Of a stretch of 64,000 nucleotides of DNA, positions 17,483-25,635 are shown piece after piece. The translations under genes and the position numbers were made by a program. Each line of letters starts with the position of its first letter. Position 1 is the first letter of the stretch. A model generated the notes under the pieces. That model ran no database searches. It had not been told where the DNA came from and saw only the letters and a list, made by a program, of their open reading frames with translations. The DNA is from an uncultured Woeseia sp. (GTDB lineage Bacteria; Pseudomonadota; Gammaproteobacteria; Steroidobacterales; UBA11654), in the NCBI GenBank assembly GCA_964454905.1, contig CAYVTR010000007.1, forward strand, positions 369 through 64,368, given 5' to 3'.

Positions 17483-18346
17483 ATGTCAATCAAGTTATTA
17501 AGGAGAGATTTTCTTATGGGTCTTGGTTTGGCTACTGTTTTAGCATCAGATAATACCAAGAGTATAGTCAGTGGAAGCATACCAAGTTCAGCTCCTGACT
17601 TGAGTTTACCGGTGAATAATTTAATTAACTTAATACGAATGCAATCAAGCTTAGGAAATGAGGATCAGGTGCCGTGGCATTATAATGGCACGCTCTATTT
17701 TCAAAAAGGCTCTGAACAACCAATTCCAATGATCAAGATAGAAGGGATGGAGAGTTACAAGGTCATCCCTCAAGAAGACGGTTCTTATGAGATTTTAGGC
17801 AATATGCTGACTTTTTTTAGGGATTTAGACTCCGGCGAAATGATTAGGGAATTTAAGAATCCGTTTACTGGGGAAGTTAATAGAATATTACCTAACATTA
17901 GACGAGCAAGCTTAGGCAGAGGATTGAATATCTCAACCATGGGTGTGAGGCCAACTGCCTTTATTGAGAAAATGGCTGATGATCCTTTAATTTTAGATTG
18001 GACATTTGGCCCCAAGACCATTTGGCTGCATAATCAAACAGCATACCCACCTGGACTATCTGCTCCAAGGATGCAACGCATGACAATGTTTGCACCAATA
18101 GAAGAGTTCCTAGATAAAGAGGCTCTCTCTTTGTCAACCATGTTCACTGCCACCGTTTTAATGCCGTGGCTTCCATGGATGGGCATGGATAATATTGAAG
18201 GCCATACTCTTTGGCATGCATCAGGGGTTAAATTAAACTCAATTGACCAGCTTCCAGAAGAATATTACACAAGAATGATGGAAGAGCACCCAGAGTTATC
18301 TAGATTTAACCTGCAAGAAGACACTGGTCCAGTTATTTATGAATGA
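17483..18346 (+). CDS. Tat-exported DUF1838-like protein
   Basis: Twin-arginine signal MSIKLLRRDFLMGLGLATVLAS. The core GTLYF...IEGMESYKVIPQEDGSYEILGNMLTFFRDLDSGEMIREFKNPFTGEV matches my recollection of the DUF1838 pattern. Confidence 0.55.
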   Translation: MSIKLLRRDFLMGLGLATVLASDNTKSIVSGSIPSSAPDLSLPVNNLINLIRMQSSLGNEDQVPWHYNGTLYFQKGSEQPIPMIKIEGMESYKVIPQEDGSYEILGNMLTFFRDLDSGEMIREFKNPFTGEVNRILPNIRRASLGRGLNISTMGVRPTAFIEKMADDPLILDWTFGPKTIWLHNQTAYPPGLSAPRMQRMTMFAPIEEFLDKEALSLSTMFTATVLMPWLPWMGMDNIEGHTLWHASGVKLNSIDQLPEEYYTRMMEEHPELSRFNLQEDTGPVIYE

Positions 18347-18361
18347 TTATTATTATCCTTT

Positions 18362-18814
18362 ATGATCACTTTTGAAAATCTAAGTTTATTTATCCTAGTT
18401 CTCTTGATGGGCTGCAGTGATCAAAAGAGTGTTGACAATGATCAACAGGACATTGCATTAGCTAATACAGTTGATACAAGAGAACTAATCACTATTGATG
18501 GCGATTTAGAAAGGGGTAGAAAGCTTTATTTGCAATGCCGTGCATGCCATTCATTAAAAGAAAATGAGCCTCACAAAATAGGTCCTAATTTGTTTAAAAT
18601 AATTGGCTCAACAGCAGGCAGCATGAAAGGCTATAATTACTCAGATGCTTTATCAAAGAGTGAAATTCTTTGGACTATAGAAAACCTTGATCTTTGGTTA
18701 GAGAAACCTTATGAGATTATCCCTGGTAATAAAATGGTTTTTTCTGGTATGAGAAAACAAGAAGACAGAAATGATTTAATTGCATACGTTTATGATGAAA
18801 CCTCTGAGGAATAA
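18362..18814 (+). CDS. class I c-type cytochrome (cytochrome c2-like), lipoprotein
   Basis: Lipobox LVLLMGC-SD. Haem motif CRACHSL followed by HKIGPNL, and a distal Met context PGNKMVFSG. Confidence 0.85.
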   Translation: MITFENLSLFILVLLMGCSDQKSVDNDQQDIALANTVDTRELITIDGDLERGRKLYLQCRACHSLKENEPHKIGPNLFKIIGSTAGSMKGYNYSDALSKSEILWTIENLDLWLEKPYEIIPGNKMVFSGMRKQEDRNDLIAYVYDETSEE

Positions 18815-18880
18815 ATTACTGATTCTACTTGAGTCTATTGATAATTTAATTACAATCGCACTTATCAAAGAGGAAAAAAC

Positions 18881-19558
18881 ATGAGTTCAGATACTTTTCT
18901 AGGAATGCTTGCAGATTCACCATTCTCTGGACTACAAGATCATATGGCGCTGGGCAATAAAGCCACAGACTCGCTGGAAAAATTTTTAACCGCTGTTTCC
19001 CAATCAGATTGGAGCACTGCTTTAGAATGCAGAGAGGAAATTGTTCATTTAGAGAACCAAGCGGATGACATAAAAAATAATATTCGAAACAACCTTCCAA
19101 CATCACTTTTTATGAGTGTTTCAAGACAGGATTTATTGGATTTAGTGTTTACAATGGATGGCATTCCTAATGCAGCAAAAGATATTTCAGGGGTAATGAT
19201 TGGGAGAAAAATGGAAATCCCAAAAGAGATCCTAGAAAGTTTTATTGATTGTTCTAAGGCTGCCATCAAAGCAGCCAATCAAGCATCCGATGCGATTAGA
19301 AAAGTAGACGGCATGCAAAAAAGAGGTTTTGGTTCTCGTGATGCATCAGCATTAAGTGAGCTCGTCGTTGAATTAGAGCAAATGGAAAGAGAAAACGATG
19401 AATTAGAAATAGCCTTACGCAATAAATTTTTTGAATATGAGAAACAACACGATCCTGTAGAAGTTATGTTTTTCTATGATGTAATCAATAAAATTGGTTC
19501 CCTTGCAGATATTTCTCAAACTGTAGGACATCTTCTGGTGCGTTTAGTATCAAAATGA
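18881..19558 (+). CDS. DUF47 / TIGR00153-family PhoU-like phosphate transport regulator
   Basis: Colinear with the E. coli/B. subtilis DUF47 proteins that precede pit genes (SPF..LQDHM...; LFMSVSRQDLLDLV; PVEVMFFYDVI..IGSLAD). Confidence 0.8.
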   Translation: MSSDTFLGMLADSPFSGLQDHMALGNKATDSLEKFLTAVSQSDWSTALECREEIVHLENQADDIKNNIRNNLPTSLFMSVSRQDLLDLVFTMDGIPNAAKDISGVMIGRKMEIPKEILESFIDCSKAAIKAANQASDAIRKVDGMQKRGFGSRDASALSELVVELEQMERENDELEIALRNKFFEYEKQHDPVEVMFFYDVINKIGSLADISQTVGHLLVRLVSK

Positions 19559-19575
19559 TTTAAGGAAAAAGATTA

Positions 19576-20841
19576 ATGGAAATAATTATGGAATATGGCT
19601 ATATCTTGCTGATTATTGGCTGTGTTTGTGGTTTCTTTATGGCTTGGGGTATTGGTGCAAACGATGTTGCTAATGCTATGGGCACTTCTGTAGGTGCTAG
19701 AGCATTAACTTTATGGCAAGCTGTTTTAGTCGCATGTGTGTTTGAATTTGCAGGCGCTTATCTTGCAGGTGGCGAAGTTACATCAACAATTCGTAAGGGA
19801 ATCATTGATGCAGGAGTTATGTCTGACAGTCCTGAATTATTGGTTTATGGAATGATCGCTTCATTGCTAGCTGCAGGAATTTGGTTATTAATTGCTTCTT
19901 ACTTTGGTTGGCCTGTTTCAACAACTCATTCCATTGTGGGAGCAATAGTTGGGTTTGCTGCTGTGGGCATAGGCTTTGATGCTGTAAAATGGGGACAAGT
20001 TGGCTCAATTGTTGCCAGTTGGGTAGTGTCACCAGTTATGGCTGGGACAATTTCTTTTCTGTTATTCACAAGTGTTAAAAGATTAATTCTGCAAACTTCA
20101 GATCCTTTTATGAGTGCAAAAAGATATGTTCCTTTCTATATGTTTCTTGCTGGTTTTGTTGTTTCAATGGTGACTTTTTTAAAAGGTCTAAAACATGTTG
20201 GCCTAAGTTTTACTGCATCTGAAAGCATTGCATGGTCACTTGTCTTTGCTTTGATCATTTCTTTATTAGGAACACTGATGTTGCAAAGAATTGATAACAC
20301 AAGAAAAGAAAAGAATGGCGCTATGTTTAATGGCGTTGAAAGAGTTTTTGCAGTTCTCATGGTGTTTACAGCTTGTGCCATGGCTTTTGCTCATGGATCA
20401 AATGATGTGGCTAATGCCATAGGTCCTCTAGCAGCAATTGTTTCAGTAGTGCAAAGTGGAGGAGAGATAGCCTCTAAATCAATGTTGCCGCCATGGGTCT
20501 TATTGATCGGAGCATCAGGTATTGTTATTGGATTGGGTACGCTTGGTTACAGAGTCATGATGACCGTGGGCAGAGCCATTACAGAACTCACTCCAAGCAG
20601 AGGTTTTGCAGCTGAACTAGCGGCTGCAGGAACAGTTGTTATTGCTTCCGGAACAGGCCTACCAATCTCGACAACACATACCCTCGTTGGAGCAGTTCTA
20701 GGTGTTGGTTTAGCTAGAGGCATCGGCGCGATTAATTTAGGTGTGGTTGGGAAAATTATCCTATCTTGGATTGTAACTTTACCAGTGGGTGCTGGTTTGT
20801 CTATTCTGTTTTTCTTTGCATTAAAGGGAGCTTTTGGTTAA
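19576..20841 (+). CDS. inorganic phosphate transporter, PiT family
   Basis: The duplicated signature GANDVANAMGTSVG / GSNDVANAIGPL. 421 aa and polytopic. Confidence 0.9.
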   Translation: MEIIMEYGYILLIIGCVCGFFMAWGIGANDVANAMGTSVGARALTLWQAVLVACVFEFAGAYLAGGEVTSTIRKGIIDAGVMSDSPELLVYGMIASLLAAGIWLLIASYFGWPVSTTHSIVGAIVGFAAVGIGFDAVKWGQVGSIVASWVVSPVMAGTISFLLFTSVKRLILQTSDPFMSAKRYVPFYMFLAGFVVSMVTFLKGLKHVGLSFTASESIAWSLVFALIISLLGTLMLQRIDNTRKEKNGAMFNGVERVFAVLMVFTACAMAFAHGSNDVANAIGPLAAIVSVVQSGGEIASKSMLPPWVLLIGASGIVIGLGTLGYRVMMTVGRAITELTPSRGFAAELAAAGTVVIASGTGLPISTTHTLVGAVLGVGLARGIGAINLGVVGKIILSWIVTLPVGAGLSILFFFALKGAFG

Positions 20842-20847
20842 TTGAAA

Positions 20848-21912
20848 ATGACAATAAAAATGATACATTCTCTATCATTCTTATTCTTAGGACTCTTAAT
20901 AATTCACTCTGATTCCACACAGGCATCGAATATAGAGACATCATTTGATTTTAGATTTCGTTATGATTACACAGATGATGATAGCAATTCTACAAAACGT
21001 AGACGGAACAGAATACGCACAAGACTAGGCGCTCAATATTCGCCTAATGAACGATTAAAAATCAAAATCAGGTTTGCTACAGCCGAGGAAAACACCACAG
21101 GTGCTAATCAAACTCTTGGCCATGATTTTAGTTTAAGTGATATTGGTATGGATCAGTTATATATTAATTTTTCGCTAATGGGTAATACTTATATTTCACT
21201 TGGTAAAATGACTAATCCTTTCTTTAAACCTAATAAAAGCGAGTTACTTTTCGATGCAGATTACACTCCTGAGGGAGTGGCTTTATCTTTTAATGAAGGT
21301 GATATTTTTGGCAACATTGGGTTTTTTAAGTTTGATGAAAGTTCATCGAAAACATCTAATATTCTTGGTTTTCAGATTGGCTTAAGCAATAAAATCACAA
21401 ATCAAACAAGTTATAAGATTGCTCTTGCTCAATATAACTTTGATGATATTAAGGGCAGATCTGCGTCTGATATTACTTGGAATGGCAAAATATTTGGCAA
21501 CCCTGTTGATGCCAATAATAACTACCTGAATAATTATAATGTCACCAATTTCTCTGCTGAGATTCAGACAAAATTAGGTACGGATACAATCCCAACAACA
21601 ATTTTTTTAGATGTTGCAAGGAACTCTAAAGCACATGACAATGATCTGGGTTTTCAAATAGGAGCCAAACTGACTTTAAGTGATCTTTGGAACGTTGCCT
21701 ATCTTTATAAGGACGTCGAGAAAAATGCTGTTTTTGGCGCTTTAACTCATTCAGATTTTGGAGGAGGTGGCGTAGGTCATAAAGGACATCAGCTTAATGT
21801 TGGCTATACTTTTTCAAAAAAACTTAGTGTTGAATTCATTTGGTTTGATAATAAGAAAGAGATGAAAATTGATTATAAAAAAGCTTTTTTTGACCTTAAG
21901 TATAAGTTCTAA
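20848..21912 (+). CDS. putative outer-membrane beta-barrel porin
   Basis: Signal peptide (MTIKMIHSLSFLFLGLLIIHSDSTQA), alternating beta-strand pattern, and a C-terminal aromatic residue (..FFDLKYKF). Its position after pit suggests anion/phosphate entry, which is inference. Confidence 0.55.
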   Translation: MTIKMIHSLSFLFLGLLIIHSDSTQASNIETSFDFRFRYDYTDDDSNSTKRRRNRIRTRLGAQYSPNERLKIKIRFATAEENTTGANQTLGHDFSLSDIGMDQLYINFSLMGNTYISLGKMTNPFFKPNKSELLFDADYTPEGVALSFNEGDIFGNIGFFKFDESSSKTSNILGFQIGLSNKITNQTSYKIALAQYNFDDIKGRSASDITWNGKIFGNPVDANNNYLNNYNVTNFSAEIQTKLGTDTIPTTIFLDVARNSKAHDNDLGFQIGAKLTLSDLWNVAYLYKDVEKNAVFGALTHSDFGGGGVGHKGHQLNVGYTFSKKLSVEFIWFDNKKEMKIDYKKAFFDLKYKF

Positions 21913-21919
21913 GAGCAAG

Positions 21920-22864
21920 TTAGTTGGTTCCCCATCCTCCCTCTGAGTAACCTTTAGGTAGACCAGAATCTACAGTAAAACCATAGAGTTCTTCGTTAGG
22001 AAGGCACGTCTTAACAATTCTATTAACTTCTATTAAGGCTTCAAGATCAATGCCTGTTTTTAGCCCCATTGAGTCGAGCATAAACACTAAATCTTCAGTG
22101 ACGATGTTGCCACTAGCACCTGGTGCAAAAGGACAGCCGCCAATTCCACCAAGAGATGAATCTAAGGTCATGATCCCTTCCTCAAGAGAAGCAAGAGCAT
22201 TAGCCAGTCCTAGCCCTCTAGTATTATGCAGATGCATACTGGTTAAATTATTATGGCCAATTTCTTTTTTGAGTAAACGAATTAGTCTTTTGATTTGTGC
22301 CGGATTTGCATAACCAGTTGTATCAGATAGACCCACTTCATCACAGCCCAATTCCATCATTTTAACACCTAGAGAGACCACATCTTTTTCAGAAACTTTT
22401 CCTTCAATAGTGCACCCAAAAGCAGTGGATAAATTACCCTCAAACTCCGGTCTCTCATTTTCATTTAGAGTGTTTAAGTACTCAGTAATTTTTCCAATTT
22501 CTTTCAAAACTTCATCATGGGTTTTTTTTAAATTTGCTTGACTGTGAGTTTCACTAACAGACAAGGGTAGACACATTTTATCAACCCCTGCATCAATGGC
22601 ATTTTTTGCTCCTATAAAATTAGGAACTAAGGCCACAACAGTAAGATTTGGAAGGCTTTTTGCATATTTAACAATCTCTGAAGTATCCGCCATTTGTGGT
22701 AACAAGTTTGGTGGAACAAAAGAACCCACTTCAATTTCTCTAACTCCTGCTTCTGCCTCAGCTTTTATCCATTTTTTCTTGTCACTAGTAGACATAATGG
22801 TATCTATACTTTGTAAACCGTCTCTTGGTCCAACTTCACTCACTAATACATCAATATCAGACAT
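21920..22864 (-). CDS. hydroxymethylglutaryl-CoA lyase family (HMGL-like) enzyme
   Basis: EVGPRDGLQS, EVGSFV, MHLHNTRGLGLANA and GGCPFAPGASGN are typical of HMG-CoA lyase. Confidence 0.85.
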   Translation of the reverse strand: MSDIDVLVSEVGPRDGLQSIDTIMSTSDKKKWIKAEAEAGVREIEVGSFVPPNLLPQMADTSEIVKYAKSLPNLTVVALVPNFIGAKNAIDAGVDKMCLPLSVSETHSQANLKKTHDEVLKEIGKITEYLNTLNENERPEFEGNLSTAFGCTIEGKVSEKDVVSLGVKMMELGCDEVGLSDTTGYANPAQIKRLIRLLKKEIGHNNLTSMHLHNTRGLGLANALASLEEGIMTLDSSLGGIGGCPFAPGASGNIVTEDLVFMLDSMGLKTGIDLEALIEVNRIVKTCLPNEELYGFTVDSGLPKGYSEGGWGTN

Positions 22865-22892
22865 ATCCTTCCTTATATATTTTCAACATAGG

Positions 22893-24164
22893 TTATTTTA
22901 CTTTATTTGAACATTGGCGATCACTTAGCTCATCAAGACCCAACGCTTCCTTCATAATAAAAAATATATCAGTGTTATCCATTACACCTGCTATATTTTC
23001 TGCACCTGGGCCAAAAGCAAATGCTGGAATCATTGTTCCTGTGTGGGTTCCTAATCCCACAGCGGTGTTCCACGAAATTTTCATCTTGTTGCTGGGTTCA
23101 GGGTCTCTGTTCCAATCATCTGTTTCTATAAGAAGCCCCCCTGTTTCATGGTCTGAGAGAACGATTACTAATGTGTTTTGATCTGATTTAGCATATTCCA
23201 GTGCACGGTTCACAACTTGATCAAACTCATCCATCTCTTTAAATACACCATTAAAATCATTCTCATGTCCTTCCCAATCTATTTGAGAACCCTCGGTCAT
23301 TATAAAAAAACCAGCACAATTATTTACCAGCATCTTTTTAGATTGCTCTAAAGTGAAATTAAACATTTCTAAAAGATTGGGTTCATTATCTTCCCTGACA
23401 AAGCCTTCTTTTGCGAATAGACCAAAAATTCTTTTTGATGGATCAAATTGAAAATTATTGAAATCACCTTTCGATTCCAAGTAACTCTCTTCCTCTTTTA
23501 TTAAACTAAGAATATCGAAATTATCTTCTCTTTGACCTCCTAGGTCTTCAGGGACAAAGAAATCTCGTCCTCCGCCTAGTGAAATAAAATTATTAGACCT
23601 AAACATTGCTTCAGCTATCTGATCAGTGTTGTCTCTTGATTCATTATGAACTACAAATGCAGCAGGTGTTGCGTGAGTAATTTCAGATGTTGCAACTAGG
23701 CTAGTCACATACCCTTTTTCATGTAACATTTCAGTTATATTTCTTACTACTTGTTTATCCTTATTAACGCCTAAGTATCCATTAACAGTTTTAATACCAG
23801 AGCTATAAGCTGTAGCAGAGGAGGCAGAATCAGTGATTAAAGTGTCGACAGCATGTGTTTTAATTAAACCTGAAAAGGGGAATTTATCGAAAGCTGAAAT
23901 ATAATTTGGCCCACCTTTTGCAATTCTATAAGCGGTTACTTGATTAATTCCCATGCCATCACCAATTAAAAGAATTATATTTTTAGCTTTTTTATCTACT
24001 GTTTTTAATTTTTTTTTAGTAACGCTCTGGTCAAAATTAATCTGAATTTCTTGAGTATCTTTGTTGGGGACTAGGATGATGAATGGTGCAATTTGCATCA
24101 ATGCAACAATAGTCACGGAAGAGGTGATTAGAATGATAGACAGGTATTTGAAAAATGACTTCAC
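22893..24164 (-). CDS. phoA: alkaline phosphatase (PhoA family), exported
   Basis: LLIGDGMGINQ, the nucleophile-Ser motif TDSASSATAYSSGIKT, and DWEGHEND. The N-terminus is a hydrophobic signal/anchor. Confidence 0.8.
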   Translation of the reverse strand: MKSFFKYLSIILITSSVTIVALMQIAPFIILVPNKDTQEIQINFDQSVTKKKLKTVDKKAKNIILLIGDGMGINQVTAYRIAKGGPNYISAFDKFPFSGLIKTHAVDTLITDSASSATAYSSGIKTVNGYLGVNKDKQVVRNITEMLHEKGYVTSLVATSEITHATPAAFVVHNESRDNTDQIAEAMFRSNNFISLGGGRDFFVPEDLGGQREDNFDILSLIKEEESYLESKGDFNNFQFDPSKRIFGLFAKEGFVREDNEPNLLEMFNFTLEQSKKMLVNNCAGFFIMTEGSQIDWEGHENDFNGVFKEMDEFDQVVNRALEYAKSDQNTLVIVLSDHETGGLLIETDDWNRDPEPSNKMKISWNTAVGLGTHTGTMIPAFAFGPGAENIAGVMDNTDIFFIMKEALGLDELSDRQCSNKVK

Positions 24165-24970
24165 TTAGGGTCTAGCGCATCTAATTTTTTTCTCAGGATA
24201 GCTTCACTAGGTTGCCCGAAATCAAAATCTATGATTGCTCCTTCCCATGCTCCATACATTGGATTCGAGAGCATGTACCATGATGTGCCCCAATATTTTG
24301 AGTATTTCTTTATGGTTTCGACTCTGTCTTTGGGAGAGAGCAGATTTTCATTGATGTCTACAAAGTCGCCAAAATTATCTCCAAACATCATCACTATACG
24401 ATAATCTTTTGCAATCAATTCTCTTCTTGATGATTTATTAGATCCCCAACCGTTTTCCCCTCGAGATAAAACATGATCTTCTGAAGAACCGTTGAAACCA
24501 AGGGCTATATAATTATTGATTGTTGCTTTTTCTATCTCAAGATCTCGGTTGGTCACAAAAAATATTTCTACACCTTTTGATTGTGCATATTCCATGAACT
24601 CAAGTACACCAGGCATAAATTCTGCCTTCTCTTCTTTTGCCCAATCAAACCAGCCATCTGGATAAGAAGTTTCTTTTTCAATGATTCTCGCCTGATATGC
24701 ACTGTTGTCTAATACTGTCTGATCGACATCAAGGATAATTGCTGGTGGTTTGTCACTGAAGTTTTCTAACTGTTCAAGTGCTGCCGTATGATTGTTATCT
24801 GACAATAATGCATCTAAATTATTTTGAGCTGCTCGATAAATGGTGCTTGAATTTGCATAAAACTCTGCAGAAGATTGAACATATAAAGTAGCCATTAGTA
24901 ATTCATGATCTTTTTCACTCGCATGAATGCTCAATGGAATCATTAACAAAAGTAAGAAGAGATTTTTCAT
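24161..24970 (-). CDS. HAD-superfamily class B/C acid phosphatase (e(P4) 5'-nucleotidase-like), exported
   Basis: Signal MKNLFLLLLMIPLSIHA, the DDDD-type motif ILDVDQTVLDNSAY, FVTNR and MFGDNFGDF. I placed the start at the ATG at 24968-24970. The track extension to 25033 overlaps leuD. Confidence 0.75.
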   Translation of the reverse strand: MKNLFLLLLMIPLSIHASEKDHELLMATLYVQSSAEFYANSSTIYRAAQNNLDALLSDNNHTAALEQLENFSDKPPAIILDVDQTVLDNSAYQARIIEKETSYPDGWFDWAKEEKAEFMPGVLEFMEYAQSKGVEIFFVTNRDLEIEKATINNYIALGFNGSSEDHVLSRGENGWGSNKSSRRELIAKDYRIVMMFGDNFGDFVDINENLLSPKDRVETIKKYSKYWGTSWYMLSNPMYGAWEGAIIDFDFGQPSEAILRKKLDALDPK

Positions 24971-25023
24971 AGCGACATCATAAACTATTTGATTCCAAAA
25001 ACATCTATTTTGGGATTGCTTTT

Positions 25024-25635
25024 TTAGAGCCATGGGTTGCTTCCAAGATGTTTTTCTTCAAATGAAGAAATTTCATTTTTCAGCTTCAATGTTCGTTGAA
25101 TTTCATCAAGGCCCTCTAAGAGTAAGATTTGATTGTTTTTATCAAAATCAAAAATGATTTCTAAGGACCCATAAGAGATCTTCAATGTTTCTAAGTTGAT
25201 CGTTATCTGATTTGTTTCTGGGTCTTCCTCCACAAATCTGACTAATTTCTGGACATCTTCCGATGACAGTTTAATGGGAAGCAAACCATTTCTTATGCAG
25301 TTACCATAAAAAATTGATCCGAATGTAGTTCCGATTACTGCCTTTATCCCCCATTCTTGTAATGCCCAAACCGCGTGTTCTCTTGATGAGCCACATCCAA
25401 AATTATCACCCGTTAGAAGCATCAAAGACCGGTTGTATGGATCTTGATTGAGAACAAAATCATCATTTGGCCTTCTCTCAGTCATCGAAGTATATCTCCA
25501 TTCAGAAAAGAGACCTTCTGATAAGCCCTTTTTCGAGACGGCTTTTATTTCTCGACTAGGTATGATCGCATCAGTATCAACATTGATCCTTAAAAAAGGT
25601 GCCACAATACCAGATATTATTTTTACTGGATTCAT
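25024..25635 (-). CDS. leuD: 3-isopropylmalate dehydratase small subunit (LeuD family)
   Basis: NVDTDAIIP, GDNFGCGSSREHA and FGSIFYGN are colinear with E. coli LeuD. Confidence 0.8.
   Translation of the reverse strand: MNPVKIISGIVAPFLRINVDTDAIIPSREIKAVSKKGLSEGLFSEWRYTSMTERRPNDDFVLNQDPYNRSLMLLTGDNFGCGSSREHAVWALQEWGIKAVIGTTFGSIFYGNCIRNGLLPIKLSSEDVQKLVRFVEEDPETNQITINLETLKISYGSLEIIFDFDKNNQILLLEGLDEIQRTLKLKNEISSFEEKHLGSNPWL

Noticed and set aside
22596-23181. ORFs of 104 and 118 aa on the + strand across the HMGL/phoA junction
   Set aside because: They overlap the 5' ends of two well-supported minus-strand genes. They have low-complexity, motif-free products, so they are shadow ORFs.
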